From Prasinococcaceae sp. CCMP 1430 (taxonomy: Eukaryota; Plantae; Prasinodermophyta): a stretch of DNA of 64,000 bases. Under the pieces are notes generated by a model, which was not told the DNA's origin, ran no database searches, and was given only the letters and a program-made list of their open reading frames with translations. Location: NCBI GenBank assembly GCA_013416795.1, contig RQSC01000016.1, positions 1 to 64,000 on the forward strand. Reading direction: 5' to 3'. A program made the translations under genes and the position numbers. Numbering within the stretch: the stretch's first letter is position 1; every line of letters starts with the position of its first letter. Of this stretch, positions 52,965-63,900 are shown one piece after another.

Positions 52965-54932
52965 TCAGCTATCAGCTGGTGCTCCACGTGCAGTCGTACC
53001 ATTTGCGCGGCAGGTGCGTGCCATGCAAGATGCCTCCAGCGCCATAACCGCTCGGATCGAGGTTGCCGTACGGATCACCGCTCCCGAAGGGATCAAACCT
53101 GGACAGAGACCCACCCAATCCAGCGTCAGAGAGACAACACAGACAAGCACAAAAACAGGCGAAGATAGACCCCTCTCGTCGAGCATCCGCAGCCCGCACC
53201 TGTGCGCTCGGTCGAGTCCCATCGAGACCATAGAGTTTCCTAGGCCCGGTGGCGGGCGTCTGCGCCGGGAGGGGAGCCGAGGTCGCGGGCACGGTGGCGC
53301 CAGCAGCAGCTCAGCACAGTCGCGCGCGTCGAGCGGGTGCTCTGCCTCGAAACTGAACCAGCTGCCTTCCGTCGCCCCCATTGAGGACGTTCCGAGGCTG
53401 ACGTCATCGGAATCGCGCTCGTCCCACAAACTGACGCCCTCTTTCGCTTCGCCTCGCGAACCATCGTCCGCAACCCCTGTGCCTTTCGTTGTTTCGGCTG
53501 CGCCGCGCCAAAGGACGGCGTCGCGGCATGCGCCACATGCACCCGCCGCGCCGACTGCCACCGCTGCCAACCAGCTGGGGGACCAGCCGGGTATCCATGC
53601 GGGCCGGTCACCACGCCGCATCCCCGCACTCTTATTTCGCCGCCGGGTGGTCACGCTGGACGCGAGCGCCAACACCTGCGCCACGACGAAAAGGCCCAGC
53701 GCCAGCGTCATGATGAGCGTCGCAAGCGCAGCGAGGGGCAGCAGCCAGCCCTCTGCGCACGCGAACACCAAAATCTTGTACGGCCAGCCCAGTTGGTACA
53801 TGCGTGCCAGCAGTGCATAGAGCAGCGTTCCATAGGCAGTCGAACCGCAGCCGAGGAAGCCCAAGAAAAAGCGCTGATTGCCTGCGCCGATGCAGGTCCC
53901 CATGGCGCCGCAGTGGTGGTCGAGGCGCCGCACGCACACGTTGCAGTCGCGGCAGTGCGCTGCGTGCGGCGGCCGCCACACGTTGCACGCCGCGCAGTAT
54001 TTGTGCACCTCAACCGCGCCGTCGCGACCGCGTACACACCTTACGATGTCGCCCGAGGCATCGCGGCGGAAGTTGGCGCACTCGGACGGCAAGGGAGTCT
54101 CCACCCCACCGCCACCTTCTCCCGCACCCATCTTGTCGGCGCCGTCGTTGCCACCGCCGCTGCCCCTCCAGGTGTAGTACCTGTCGCCTGAGTCCAGAGA
54201 GTGCGCCACAAATGCTCGTACGGCCGGGTCGACGTCCTCGTTGGGCGTGATCACGCCGGGATCGGAGACGTACACCGCCGTCTGCAACGCCATGGCGGCG
54301 CCGAGAGCAGCCGTGAAAACGCTGCGCACCCCCTGGGCGACGTGCGCATAACCATGTGGAAAAACGGACGCAGTCGCGATCACGTACGCAAAGCAGTGGC
54401 ACGCCATAAGCGCGGCCCACGCGTAGGGCGTGTCCGTCCAACGCTCCTCCCAAAGCCAAGGCTCGCGCGAATCGCGCGTGCCCACTTCGCTCGCGGTGCT
54501 GGCGCTCGCGCCGCAGGCCCCGCCACTCGAGCCCTCAGGGCGCGCCCCCCCGCTCTTTCCGCCGCCCGCGGCGCCGACTTCGGCGCGCTCGGTGCCCGTG
54601 TCACCCCCATCTTGCTTGCGCTCACTCGAGCGTGCGCCACAGCTGCCTTCGTCCTCGTCAGTGGGCGCGACTGCCCGCAGCACGCGGTTGGCGTCGAGGG
54701 GTGGCGCATGCGCGCCGCTCGCGCCCCAGCCCGCAAGCGCCGAGGCCGCTCCTGGAAGTAGCGGTGCAGTCGAGAACGGCGACCCCGCGAGGCACGCTCC
54801 GCATCCCCAGCGGATCGCGGGGGGTAGCGACGCCAGCGCCGCTCCGCCGCCAGAGAGCAGCCGCGAGAGCGGCGGCGCGCGTGGCCCGCGGTCGCCCAGT
54901 GGCGACCGCAGCGAGAACGGCCCGCCTCCCAT
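52965..54932 (-). CDS. DHHC palmitoyl acyltransferase
   Basis: KYCAACNVWRPPHAAHCRDCNVCVRRLDHHCGAMGTCIGAGNQRFF, flanking TM segments and SDPGVI. C-terminal exon structure not certain. Confidence 0.88.
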   Translation of the reverse strand: MGGGPFSLRSPLGDRGPRAPPLSRLLSGGGAALASLPPAIRWGCGACLAGSPFSTAPLLPGAASALAGWGASGAHAPPLDANRVLRAVAPTDEDEGSCGARSSERKQDGGDTGTERAEVGAAGGGKSGGARPEGSSGGACGASASTASEVGTRDSREPWLWEERWTDTPYAWAALMACHCFAYVIATASVFPHGYAHVAQGVRSVFTAALGAAMALQTAVYVSDPGVITPNEDVDPAVRAFVAHSLDSGDRYYTWRGSGGGNDGADKMGAGEGGGGVETPLPSECANFRRDASGDIVRCVRGRDGAVEVHKYCAACNVWRPPHAAHCRDCNVCVRRLDHHCGAMGTCIGAGNQRFFLGFLGCGSTAYGTLLYALLARMYQLGWPYKILVFACAEGWLLPLAALATLIMTLALGLFVVAQVLALASSVTTRRRNKSAGMRRGDRPAWIPGWSPSWLAAVAVGAAGACGACRDAVLWRGAAETTKGTGVADDGSRGEAKEGVSLWDERDSDDVSLGTSSMGATEGSWFSFEAEHPLDARDCAELLLAPPCPRPRLPSRRRRPPPGLGNSMVSMGLDRAHRCGLRMLDERGLSSPVFVLVCVVSLTLDWVGLCPGLIPSGAVIRTATSIRAVMALEASCMARTCRANGTTARGAPADS

Positions 54933-55234
54933 GCACCGCCGCGCCGCGCCGCGCCCCGCCTCCGAGGACCGACGGGGGGAGGACGGATCAATCGGCGAGG
55001 GAGCAGGCCCCCGGCGCGCTCGAGCCCCGCCCCTCCTCGCCACCTCGAGCGGTGGAAGGGAGGGGTGGAGCAGGCAGCGCCCGCCGGGGGACGGCGACGC
55101 GCTGGCGCGCGCGCGCTGTGGCGCCGAAGTGTACTTACAGTAGGCACGTTTGGGTTGCGAGCGCTTCGATCGATCGAACCGAACGAGCCAACCAACCAAC
55201 CAACCTTTTCAAGAAGTGAAACGGGTGTCTCCTG

Positions 55235-55243
55235 TTTAGGGTT
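55235..55243. promoter_or_regulatory. Telo-box-like motif TTTAGGGTT in a divergent promoter (representative of several)
   Basis: Related motifs at 8155-8161, 9727-9735, 19322-19328, 28991-28997 and 29913-29920, all in intergenic patches upstream of genes. Confidence 0.45.
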
Positions 55244-55454
55244 AATTTGAACGGGTTTGGAAATGGACTCACCCGTGTGCACCGCACCGCACCGTGTGAC
55301 ATCACATTGCACTCCCTTCTTTGGAGCGCGTCCGCATTCGAAATTCGTTTTGACCTCCTCTCATCAGATGCTCCTCCTTGATGGGTGCTGGCGGGGCGCG
55401 CGAGTGCGCCACAGCGCCCTCAACCCCCCCCCGCCCCCCCATCCGGGCGGCGCG

Positions 55455-57215
55455 ATGGGTGGGCGCAGGAAGGGCGGCGGCGCGGCGGCGCGGCGGCACG
55501 CCAAGGCGGTGGGCGGCGGCGCGCGACGCGGGCGCGCGGCGCAGCTGTCCGACTCGGACGCGGTGCCGTGGGGCTCGGACAGTGGGGACTCGCTCGACAG
55601 CGAGGACGCGCGAGACTACATCGCCAACTTGCAAGCGGAGATGGTCGCTGACGCCAAGTGCGATGCGGCCACCGCGGGCGACAGTGCCGAGGCGCCCCGA
55701 CTGTCCACCGGCGCCGCTGATGCGCCGCTAGAAGTGGTTGACGTGGCCGGCCTCGAGCACGCGGCGTACGAAGATGCTCTCGATGCCATGGCGATGGAGC
55801 TCGCCGGCCTCGGCGGCAGCGAAAGCAGCACCGGCAGCGACACCGGCAGCGACACCGGCAGCGACAGCGACGTCGAGGCTTCGATCACATGCCGGAAGGA
55901 CGGGGGGAGAGACGCGGCCAGCCGCAGCGCGCGCGACCGCTTCATGGATGACATCGCGGAGCCAAGCTACGTTGGCACCGGGCCGGGCTTCCGCGACGGG
56001 AGAACGCGGCGCCGCGGCAAGCGGGCGGCAAGCGAGCTTCGCGAAGTGCGTGCGGGCAGGCAGAAGTCGTCGAAGTGGAAGGGGCGCGACCCGGACGAGC
56101 CCACAAAAAAGGAGCTGCGCCGCGCGCGCATCGCCGACAAGCGCATGGCCCGCGCCAGAGGGCGCGGGTTCGACGTAGAGCGCGTGGCAGAGGCCCTCGC
56201 GGGCTTCGTCGAGGCAGAGGGCGACATTCACGCCTTCGAGCCCATGTGCAACGCCGCGCGGCGCCAGGTGCACATCTTGGCAGCCGCCTTCGGCCTGCAG
56301 AGCACCTCCCAGGGGAGCGGGAAGAAACGCTTCAGCGTGATCTCGCGTACGCGCCACACGCGCGTCCTCGGGCGTGAGGAGCTCGAGTCCGTCCTCGCCA
56401 CGCTCAAGGCGTCGGCCTACGACGAAATCGCGCCCCTCGTGCGGCCCAAGGGCGCTAAGCCAACCAAGGCCGAGCGCCGGCAGATGCAGGTGCAGATGCA
56501 GGTGCAGGCGAGCCGGCAGCGCGTCGTGCTTCGCGACGCGCACGCAGAAGGCGGCACGGGCAGCTCGGGCAAGGGCAAGGGCAAGAGAGGGAAGGCTGTG
56601 CAGCGCAGCCTCATGGCTGAGGGCCCAGCGCCCGTTTTCGTGTCAGCGGGCGTGCAGGGCGGTGAGGAGGATGAGCTGGAGGGCCCCGCTGCGGACACGG
56701 GCAATGGCGTCGGCGCGGAGGGCGAGCAGGACTGCGGCGCGCCGAGCATCGGCGGGGCGGGGAGTGCGGATGCGCTGCAAGTCGGCGTGTCCGAAGCTTG
56801 CGCGCACGGCGGGGCGGATGCCGACATGCAGGAAGGTGATGCGGGTGCAGACACGCGCAGTGACGGCGGCAGCGGCGGCGACAGCGCATGTGCAGATGCG
56901 GGTGCAGACACCACGCGCATGATGGGCGGCGGCCCCGCCCTAGGGGGTGGAGCGCCTGGGGGCGACATCGATGTCAAGTGGCTCGGACTTGGGGCGGGGC
57001 CGTCGTCGGCGCAGACTGGCAAGGCCAAGGCGTCTGTGTCGACGCCCTCGAGGGACTTTGGCGCTTTCGAACGTCACGGTACAGGTTTCGGCTCGCGCAT
57101 GCTCGAGAAAATGGGGTGGAAGGCGGGTGAGGGCGTGGGCAAGAAGCGCGACGGCATCGCCGAGCCTGTCAAAGCTCTGCGGCGGCAGAAGAGCATGGGT
57201 CTGGGCTTTGAGTAG
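55455..57215 (+). CDS. R3H + G-patch protein (Sqs1/Pfa1-like architecture)
   Basis: R3H: FEPMCNAARRQVHILAAAFGLQSTSQGSG. C-terminal G-patch: GFGSRMLEKMGWKAGEGVGKKRDGIAEP. Confidence 0.82.
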   Translation: MGGRRKGGGAAARRHAKAVGGGARRGRAAQLSDSDAVPWGSDSGDSLDSEDARDYIANLQAEMVADAKCDAATAGDSAEAPRLSTGAADAPLEVVDVAGLEHAAYEDALDAMAMELAGLGGSESSTGSDTGSDTGSDSDVEASITCRKDGGRDAASRSARDRFMDDIAEPSYVGTGPGFRDGRTRRRGKRAASELREVRAGRQKSSKWKGRDPDEPTKKELRRARIADKRMARARGRGFDVERVAEALAGFVEAEGDIHAFEPMCNAARRQVHILAAAFGLQSTSQGSGKKRFSVISRTRHTRVLGREELESVLATLKASAYDEIAPLVRPKGAKPTKAERRQMQVQMQVQASRQRVVLRDAHAEGGTGSSGKGKGKRGKAVQRSLMAEGPAPVFVSAGVQGGEEDELEGPAADTGNGVGAEGEQDCGAPSIGGAGSADALQVGVSEACAHGGADADMQEGDAGADTRSDGGSGGDSACADAGADTTRMMGGGPALGGGAPGGDIDVKWLGLGAGPSSAQTGKAKASVSTPSRDFGAFERHGTGFGSRMLEKMGWKAGEGVGKKRDGIAEPVKALRRQKSMGLGFE

Positions 57216-57232
57216 TATATTGTGCTTGGGCT

Positions 57233-60145
57233 TTACGACTTCAGCTTCAGCATCATGCCGCGCAGCTCCTCGGTCGTAGGCGATAGCATGGAACGGCTGC
57301 GGTAGCTCGTGCGCAGCGCCTTCGAGAGCTCCTCCCAGCGTTCGGGCAGCAGCTCGCAGGCCGCTGCCCAGACGCGCCCCACTGCAGGCGAGTTCTCGGT
57401 GCCCAGGTGGCCAGTGATCTTGGCCTTGAGAGCCCTCACCGCCTTGTCAGGCGGCATGGGCATTTTGAGAGAGCGCTCGGCTTCCTCCTTAGAGAAACCT
57501 GCCGCGAGAGGCACCTCGTCGGCGGATATTGTGCGAGCGACAGCCTCAAGCTTGCCGAGGAACTCAAGCGGCTTCCCAAAATTTTTCCCGATGAGGGCCA
57601 TGAGATACTCCTCGCGCTGCTCTGTGGCGCGCGCCTTGGCCTGCGACCGCGCCTCTGTCGCAGCCGCTGCCCCTGCTGCCGCAGCGCGGCCGAGTGCTTG
57701 AGCCAACGCGCGATAGCTCTCCGCACGCAAAAGCGCCCCGCGCTTGTCTGTCTTCTCGCGACTAGCTGCACCCTCGGTGGCCTCTGTGAACGCCGTCATG
57801 AGCAGGTGCACCGACATGTCGGCCACGTCGAAGGCCTCCGCGGTCACCGAGTCGTCGACCGTGTCAACAGCTGCCACGCTCACCGCCAGCTTTTCCGCCT
57901 CCTGCCGCTGCTCTTCGACCTCGGCGATCGCCTTGCCGGTCGTCGTGGCGAGAGAAGTGAGCGGCTCGACGAGCCTACCTCCACCACCCTCAGCGGCCGC
58001 GATGGGCTCGCAAAGCGTCTTGATGTGCCCGACGAACGCATCGCGCAGCATATCTGTGCAGCTCTTCAGGGTGGGTACCATGTGCTGGTGCAGCCCGCCG
58101 TACACCCGCCATGCCTCAGTCGCTGCCATCGCTGCCAGCGCGCCTGCCGGGCTCGCGCTGCCGACCCACCTGGCAAGGCCAAGGATGGGGCCGAGCGCAC
58201 GTGTGGACATCTCAGTGCACGCGTCGTCGAGCGCGGTGGTCTCAGTATTGGCGATGCCGTCCGCCTCTGGCAGCGTCGTCTTTGTGGCGAAGGCCTCGTG
58301 CAGGAAGTCGCTCTCCGTCTGGAGAAATGGCAGGAGCCTGCGCAACCCCTCGGCATATGCCTGGGTGGGACTCATTCCCGCATCGGCACTACGCAGGCCG
58401 CGGCAGAGCATGTCGGCTTCTTCTTCGAGCAGCTCGCTTGCCTTGATCGCATAGTGCATGCGAAGGCGCACGCGAGGGCCGAGCATATGCCGGCTGGCGG
58501 GCGGGCTGGGGCTATCGTCGTCACTTTCCAGCGATCGCCTCGCCTTCGACACAAGCCCGTGTAGGCAGTCCGCCTCGGGCACAACCAGCAGGTGTTCGCG
58601 CACGCGCATGTGCAGCCGCTCGTGGTCAGGCATTGGATTCCAACGTGGGTGAGTACCGCGTGTGTTTGAGACGCAGTGCGTGAGCTCCTCTGAGACTGCC
58701 CCCTCCGCGCGCCGGATGAACGTTTCACCGGCCTGCACCAGCTCCTGCACACGCGATGCCACCATCAGTGGCAAGCCATGCCGAAGCCGCAGCGGTGCGG
58801 GTAGGTCGCGCCCCTCCACGAGGGAATCTAACGCATCCCCGAACTCTGCGGCTGCGCGCGCGGCCATCGGTGCACCCTCGCCGGTGAGAGCACACGACGC
58901 GATGGCCCGCTCCGCGTACTCAGAGGAGTGCAGCACGGCTACCAGATGCTCGCATGAGGCAAGCAGGCGAGTATGTGCGCGCGCGGTCATTTCCAGCTCG
59001 TTGTTGCGCTCTTCGATGGCTGTTATGTCTGCACGCATGGCTGTCATGTGCGCGTTGAGCGCCTCCAGCCACGAGTCTGTCTCGTCCAGCCTAGTGGCCG
59101 CCGCGTCGATGGAACGCAGCACGGAGGCGATTGCCTGCTTGGACTCGAGGATGGCGTGCACATTGGCGCCCTCAATGGCCTGCAGCTCATCCTCGAGACG
59201 CTGCTTAAATGCGGCGACCTCGAAATGCCTTCCCCCATCCTCGCCGCCGCCTTCCGCACAGCGTGCTCCGTTGCCGGGATCGCCGCCGCCCGGGCCATCA
59301 CCGTGCTCCCCACCGCCGCCGTCAAAGTACTCATCGAGGAGCAGGCCAAGGTCGAGCTCCTCCGCCTCGGTCAGATTAAGCACTTGTTCGGGCTCCTTCG
59401 TGTCTAATGTCCCGCTCCTGCGCTGGTGCTTGGGCCCGACAGTGCCGGGCAGGGCCGCCGCGCTATCGCCCTGCGCGTCCCGCTCGTTCTGTGCCGCTCT
59501 GCTGCTTTGCCTGTCTCGCTGCTGCTGGGTGGTCGTGGCGTGGTGCGAAGGCGTGCGCGCGAGCGTTGCTGCATCGGCGCCGACTAGCTTGGGCAATGGT
59601 CTGCCGCGTGCTGATGCGTGTGCCTGCGTTGCGCGCCACAGCGCGCCTAGCCAGGCGTCTCGCGCTTCCGTCGAGCCACAAGCGTACGCCATCACGACTG
59701 TGCCACGCACGGGGCCTTCGTCGATGCCCAGCGAGAACCCGTTTCGCACGCCGCCATTTGCGAGCGCCTCCACGCGCACGAGCGTCTTTAGCTTGTACGT
59801 GCGCCCAACGACCCACGCGGAGCCCTCGCCCGCGGCCGCTGCCTCCACCGACGCCCCCTCGCGCAGCTTGAGCACGTGCAGCCGCTCCTTGCCGCGCCGC
59901 TCGCCGCTCGCAGACTCGCTCACGCAGAGTAGCCGCACGCTGCCGAGCTCCTCGGCGCCCTCCACGCCGGCGCTGGACGAGCCGAAGTGCGAGACGACGA
60001 GTTTGCGGCACACGACGGCGGCGGCGATGGCCCCGCCGGTGTCTGCCTTACCCAGCGCAGCAGCTGACCGAAGCGCTGCGGCGGCGGCAATCTCCGCAGC
60101 AGCCGCGCCTGCGCCAGCGCCGGTGACCGCGCCGCCAGCCGCCAT
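57233..60145 (-). CDS. SEC3: Exocyst subunit SEC3/EXOC1
   Basis: N-terminal PH-like segment (RTYKLKTLVRVE), then FKQRLEDELQAIEGANVHAILES...LDETDSWL...MRADITAIEERNNELE. Confidence 0.78.
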   Translation of the reverse strand: MAAGGAVTGAGAGAAAAEIAAAAALRSAAALGKADTGGAIAAAVVCRKLVVSHFGSSSAGVEGAEELGSVRLLCVSESASGERRGKERLHVLKLREGASVEAAAAGEGSAWVVGRTYKLKTLVRVEALANGGVRNGFSLGIDEGPVRGTVVMAYACGSTEARDAWLGALWRATQAHASARGRPLPKLVGADAATLARTPSHHATTTQQQRDRQSSRAAQNERDAQGDSAAALPGTVGPKHQRRSGTLDTKEPEQVLNLTEAEELDLGLLLDEYFDGGGGEHGDGPGGGDPGNGARCAEGGGEDGGRHFEVAAFKQRLEDELQAIEGANVHAILESKQAIASVLRSIDAAATRLDETDSWLEALNAHMTAMRADITAIEERNNELEMTARAHTRLLASCEHLVAVLHSSEYAERAIASCALTGEGAPMAARAAAEFGDALDSLVEGRDLPAPLRLRHGLPLMVASRVQELVQAGETFIRRAEGAVSEELTHCVSNTRGTHPRWNPMPDHERLHMRVREHLLVVPEADCLHGLVSKARRSLESDDDSPSPPASRHMLGPRVRLRMHYAIKASELLEEEADMLCRGLRSADAGMSPTQAYAEGLRRLLPFLQTESDFLHEAFATKTTLPEADGIANTETTALDDACTEMSTRALGPILGLARWVGSASPAGALAAMAATEAWRVYGGLHQHMVPTLKSCTDMLRDAFVGHIKTLCEPIAAAEGGGGRLVEPLTSLATTTGKAIAEVEEQRQEAEKLAVSVAAVDTVDDSVTAEAFDVADMSVHLLMTAFTEATEGAASREKTDKRGALLRAESYRALAQALGRAAAAGAAAATEARSQAKARATEQREEYLMALIGKNFGKPLEFLGKLEAVARTISADEVPLAAGFSKEEAERSLKMPMPPDKAVRALKAKITGHLGTENSPAVGRVWAAACELLPERWEELSKALRTSYRSRSMLSPTTEELRGMMLKLKS

Positions 60146-60959
60146 AGCCCGCGAAACCGCACGCCACGGAGTGTCACACCCTTGGCGTGGATGCGCCGCC
60201 CTCCGACTCCCTCTCCCTCTCCCTCTCTGCTCACCTCGTCGCCAGCGCTGGAAAACTCGCTCGAGGGGCGGCGGCACCGCTCCGCCGCGAGAGCGGCCGC
60301 CACACGCGAGCGCAGGCGCGAGGGTGAACGGGCGGGGGCGCGCGAGAGGGGGCCGCCCCGGCGGCGACGCCGCCCGGGTTCGATGAATTGTACTTTACAC
60401 GTTGAGGACGCCGCCCTTCCTCGCCGCGCCGCCGCCTGCACCTGCGGATGTTGGCGCTGCTCAGACAGCGCAAACCAAACAAAAAAAATCATCAGAACGC
60501 ATTTGCGTGTGCCTTTTCCAAGAAACAGTTTAAAACCCATTGAGAAACGACGGAAACGTACCCAATATGGCGGAATTCCGAGCGGACGAGCGAGCGAGCG
60601 AGGCGAGCGGGGCGCCGACAGGTGGTGTGCCGCCGCCCGCAGCGCCCGAGGCCACACAGCGCGCGCGGGGCGCGGGGGGAGTGGCGGCGGAGGAGGAGGC
60701 GCGTGGGGGAGTGGAGAGGGCCAAGGCGGAGGGGAGGGGGAATAGAGCACGGGCGGGAACCCGCGCCGCCCAGCTGTGCAGCGGCGTTCCGCGCGAGGCG
60801 AGATTGCGTCGCACGGAAGGGGCCGGGGTGGGGCAGGGACTGAGAGGGACACGGGGGAGGGGGGCAGGGCTACCGCGGATGGCGCACGGCGCGAGCGATG
60901 CTCGCGTGTAGGGCGCGAACCTCGGCTCCGCGAGGGCGCGCTCGCGGGTGCGCGACGCC

Positions 60960-63900
60960 ATGCGCTCGCGGGCGGCATCGCGGACACGCGCGCTCGCACT
61001 TGCGCTCGTGGCCGCGCTGCCGGCCCTGCTGCCGCTGTGGCCGAGGGATTCGCCGGCGCTCCTTGTCGCACACGCGGCCAACGTGCCCATCTTGACGTCA
61101 ACTGGCAGCGGCTTTGTCTATAACGACTTCGAGGACGATCCGAGCGTGGCAGCTGTCGGGCTGGGCCTCGTCTTCGCCGGCGATGCGGCCTACTACTCGC
61201 GACGCTTGGACGCGTGCGGCGTCTGCTCCGGCGACAACTCCACATGCGAGGGCTGTGATGGCGTGCCGCTCAGCGGCGCGGTATATGACGCTTGCGGCGA
61301 TTGCCTGCTCCCGCGGGACAAGGCGTTTAACACCAGCTGCGCGGACTGCGCAGGCGAGCCTAATGGGCCGCTCCGCATCGACCTGTGCGGCGAGTGTCAC
61401 GAACCCGCCGATGCGACGGTGTTCTCCATGTCCTGCGCGGGCTGCGATGGCGTCGCAAACAGCGGCAAGACCAACGATGACTGTGGCGTGTGCGACGGAG
61501 ATGCATTCGCGGGGACTGGGCGGTCGTACAGAGGGCACCCAGACGATGAGCTCCCATACAAGTGCCTCGACTGCGCCGATGTGCCCCACGGTCACAATTA
61601 CGTGGACCTGTGCTGCGGCTGCGTGAGCGAAACGCAGGCGGGCGATCGACCGATGGGCGACATCGCACCCGAGCCACCGCCTGCGCATGCGCACGCGCTG
61701 GCGCTTTTCAGGCACGCGGCAGAGCTGCTCGCCAACGCGACAGCGCTCGAGAGCACGTGGCGCGCGCACCATGATGCCACCCTCGGTTACGATGGAGAGG
61801 AACCCAACAGCTACGCCACACTCCCCTTGGTCGAAGCTTACACTGCTGCCCGCGAGGCGTTCGAATCGGCTTGGGGCGTGGTCTACTCGGACGAAGCCGA
61901 CGATAACTCGACGTGCTATGCGGAGGCCTTTGTGCTCCTCAATTCTACTGAGCCCCCTCGCGACATCTGCGGTGTGTGTGGAGGGGACAACGCGACCTGC
62001 CTGGGTTGCGACGGCTTGCCGCTACCGTATGGCGAGGGGCTGATGGTGGACGACTGCGGGGTCTGCGGCGGGGAGAATGGCGCCCTCGACGATTGTGGCG
62101 TATGCTTCGGAGGTAACAGCACATGTCGTGGGTGCGATGGCATGCCCAACTCGGGGATGCTTATTGATGCGTGTGGCCAATGTCTGGATCCACGAGATCC
62201 CACATTCGATTCGTCCTGTGCGGGTTGCGACGGCGTCCCAAACTCGGGCGCTGTCATTGACGACTGCGGTGTCTGCGCAGTGCCTGGCACCGACGCATTC
62301 AACGCGGGCTGTACGGGCTGTGACGGCGTGGCACACAGTGGGCTGGTATACGATGCCTGCTGCGAGTGCGGAGGGAACGCCACTGTGGACTCCGAGTGCT
62401 ACACCCTCATCCTGGAAGAACAGGAACGACAGCTGAATTCTGTGATCCCGTGGACGGACGCGCTAAATATCACGCGCAACCTCCCGCTGCTCCACGTGAC
62501 CATGGGTGATCAGAGCGAGCCATCCAGCATACAGGGCCAGCCGTACGACGCCTGCGGCGTGTGCTTTGGTGATTCGCGCAGCTGCCTCGGATGCGACGGC
62601 GTGCCTGCCAGCAGTGCGCTGGTCGACGCGTGCGGTGTGTGCGCTGGAAATTGTTCCGCTTGCGTGCCGCGCTGCGCGGAGCAGGATTGCGTTTTCGTGG
62701 GGCCGGACGGTGCTGGTGAGGCCGCGTGCGAGATCTACGCGCCTCCCGTGCCGGAGCTCGCGGAACGCGAACGCAAAGACTGGGTTGTCGTCTTGTACAA
62801 CCGTGAGTTCGGGCCGTTCTCAATCGAGGAGCTTGAAATCGGCGCGATCATGGCCGTGAATCCAGTCAATAAGGAGCCTGTCATGCATTCGCTGACTCCT
62901 GAGACAATGGTTGGCCATCTCTATCGGGAGGAGCGCACCACCCAAGTGACATACGGCAATGCCTCACAGCAGGCAAGCCAACCGCAGGCGTGGTCAAAGT
63001 TCTACGATTTGGACGCCAACCCGGTCGCTGAGGATGGTACGCGAATCGGGGGGAGACAGACGGACCCCTCAACGTGCACGCTGCAGTGCCTCGAGTATGC
63101 GTGCAAAGTGCCCGAGTCTGAGTGGAGCGGTAGCACGTGCCCTGAGCTCGACTTCAGCATTTCGCGCTGCGTCACGTCGGGGGCGGAGTGCATTATTGGC
63201 AATGGCCTCCGATGTGACGAGGTCAAATATTCTTGGCTCACTGCGGCGCAGCAGGCCGCCGTATGGGCCAGGCCGGAAATGAACCAGAATCCAGTCGAAT
63301 GGTTTGACGGGGAGCGCTGCGGCCACCTCAGCGCGCTCGGTGGAGTGGGTGCGGCAGAACTCGGCTGCGATGGCACGCTCACGTCTCCCTGCTCTGACCG
63401 CTGGCTTGAAGACATTGTGGAGAATGTGGTGACTATCACGCAAATAGAAACGCATCTGTATCACGGTGGCTATCTGCCCATGAGTGTGATGCCGGGCCTG
63501 GAGCGTGTTGTGTACGACGCGTGCACTGGCGCATCTTCGCGTGCGGGCGTCCACGAGCTGCATGGCAAGCGCACGGGTATCAACGATTTGGGCTTGCTCA
63601 CGCTTGCTCCAAATCTGACCGCGTTCGGCGGGGCGCTGGCTATGGGTGCACATGACATGGACTGGAACCCCGATGAACGGTACATTTACGACGTGGTTGA
63701 GACCTGGCACGACCTTTCGTGCACGTGTAGCGCTACATGGGTGTTCAAGGACAGCGAGCCCATTCCGCCGACGTGTCCGCGCGCATGGCGCTCCTGGGAA
63801 GAATGGGAGGACTACGACAACGTGTTCGTGGCGGACAACCGCCGGTACGAGTACAGTGCGGTGCGCTCGCTGTCGAGAGGCTCCTGGAAGGTCTCAGGCG

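Noticed and set aside
55825-55870. AGCGACACCGGC tandem repeat
   Set aside because: It encodes a low-complexity SDTG linker inside the R3H/G-patch CDS.
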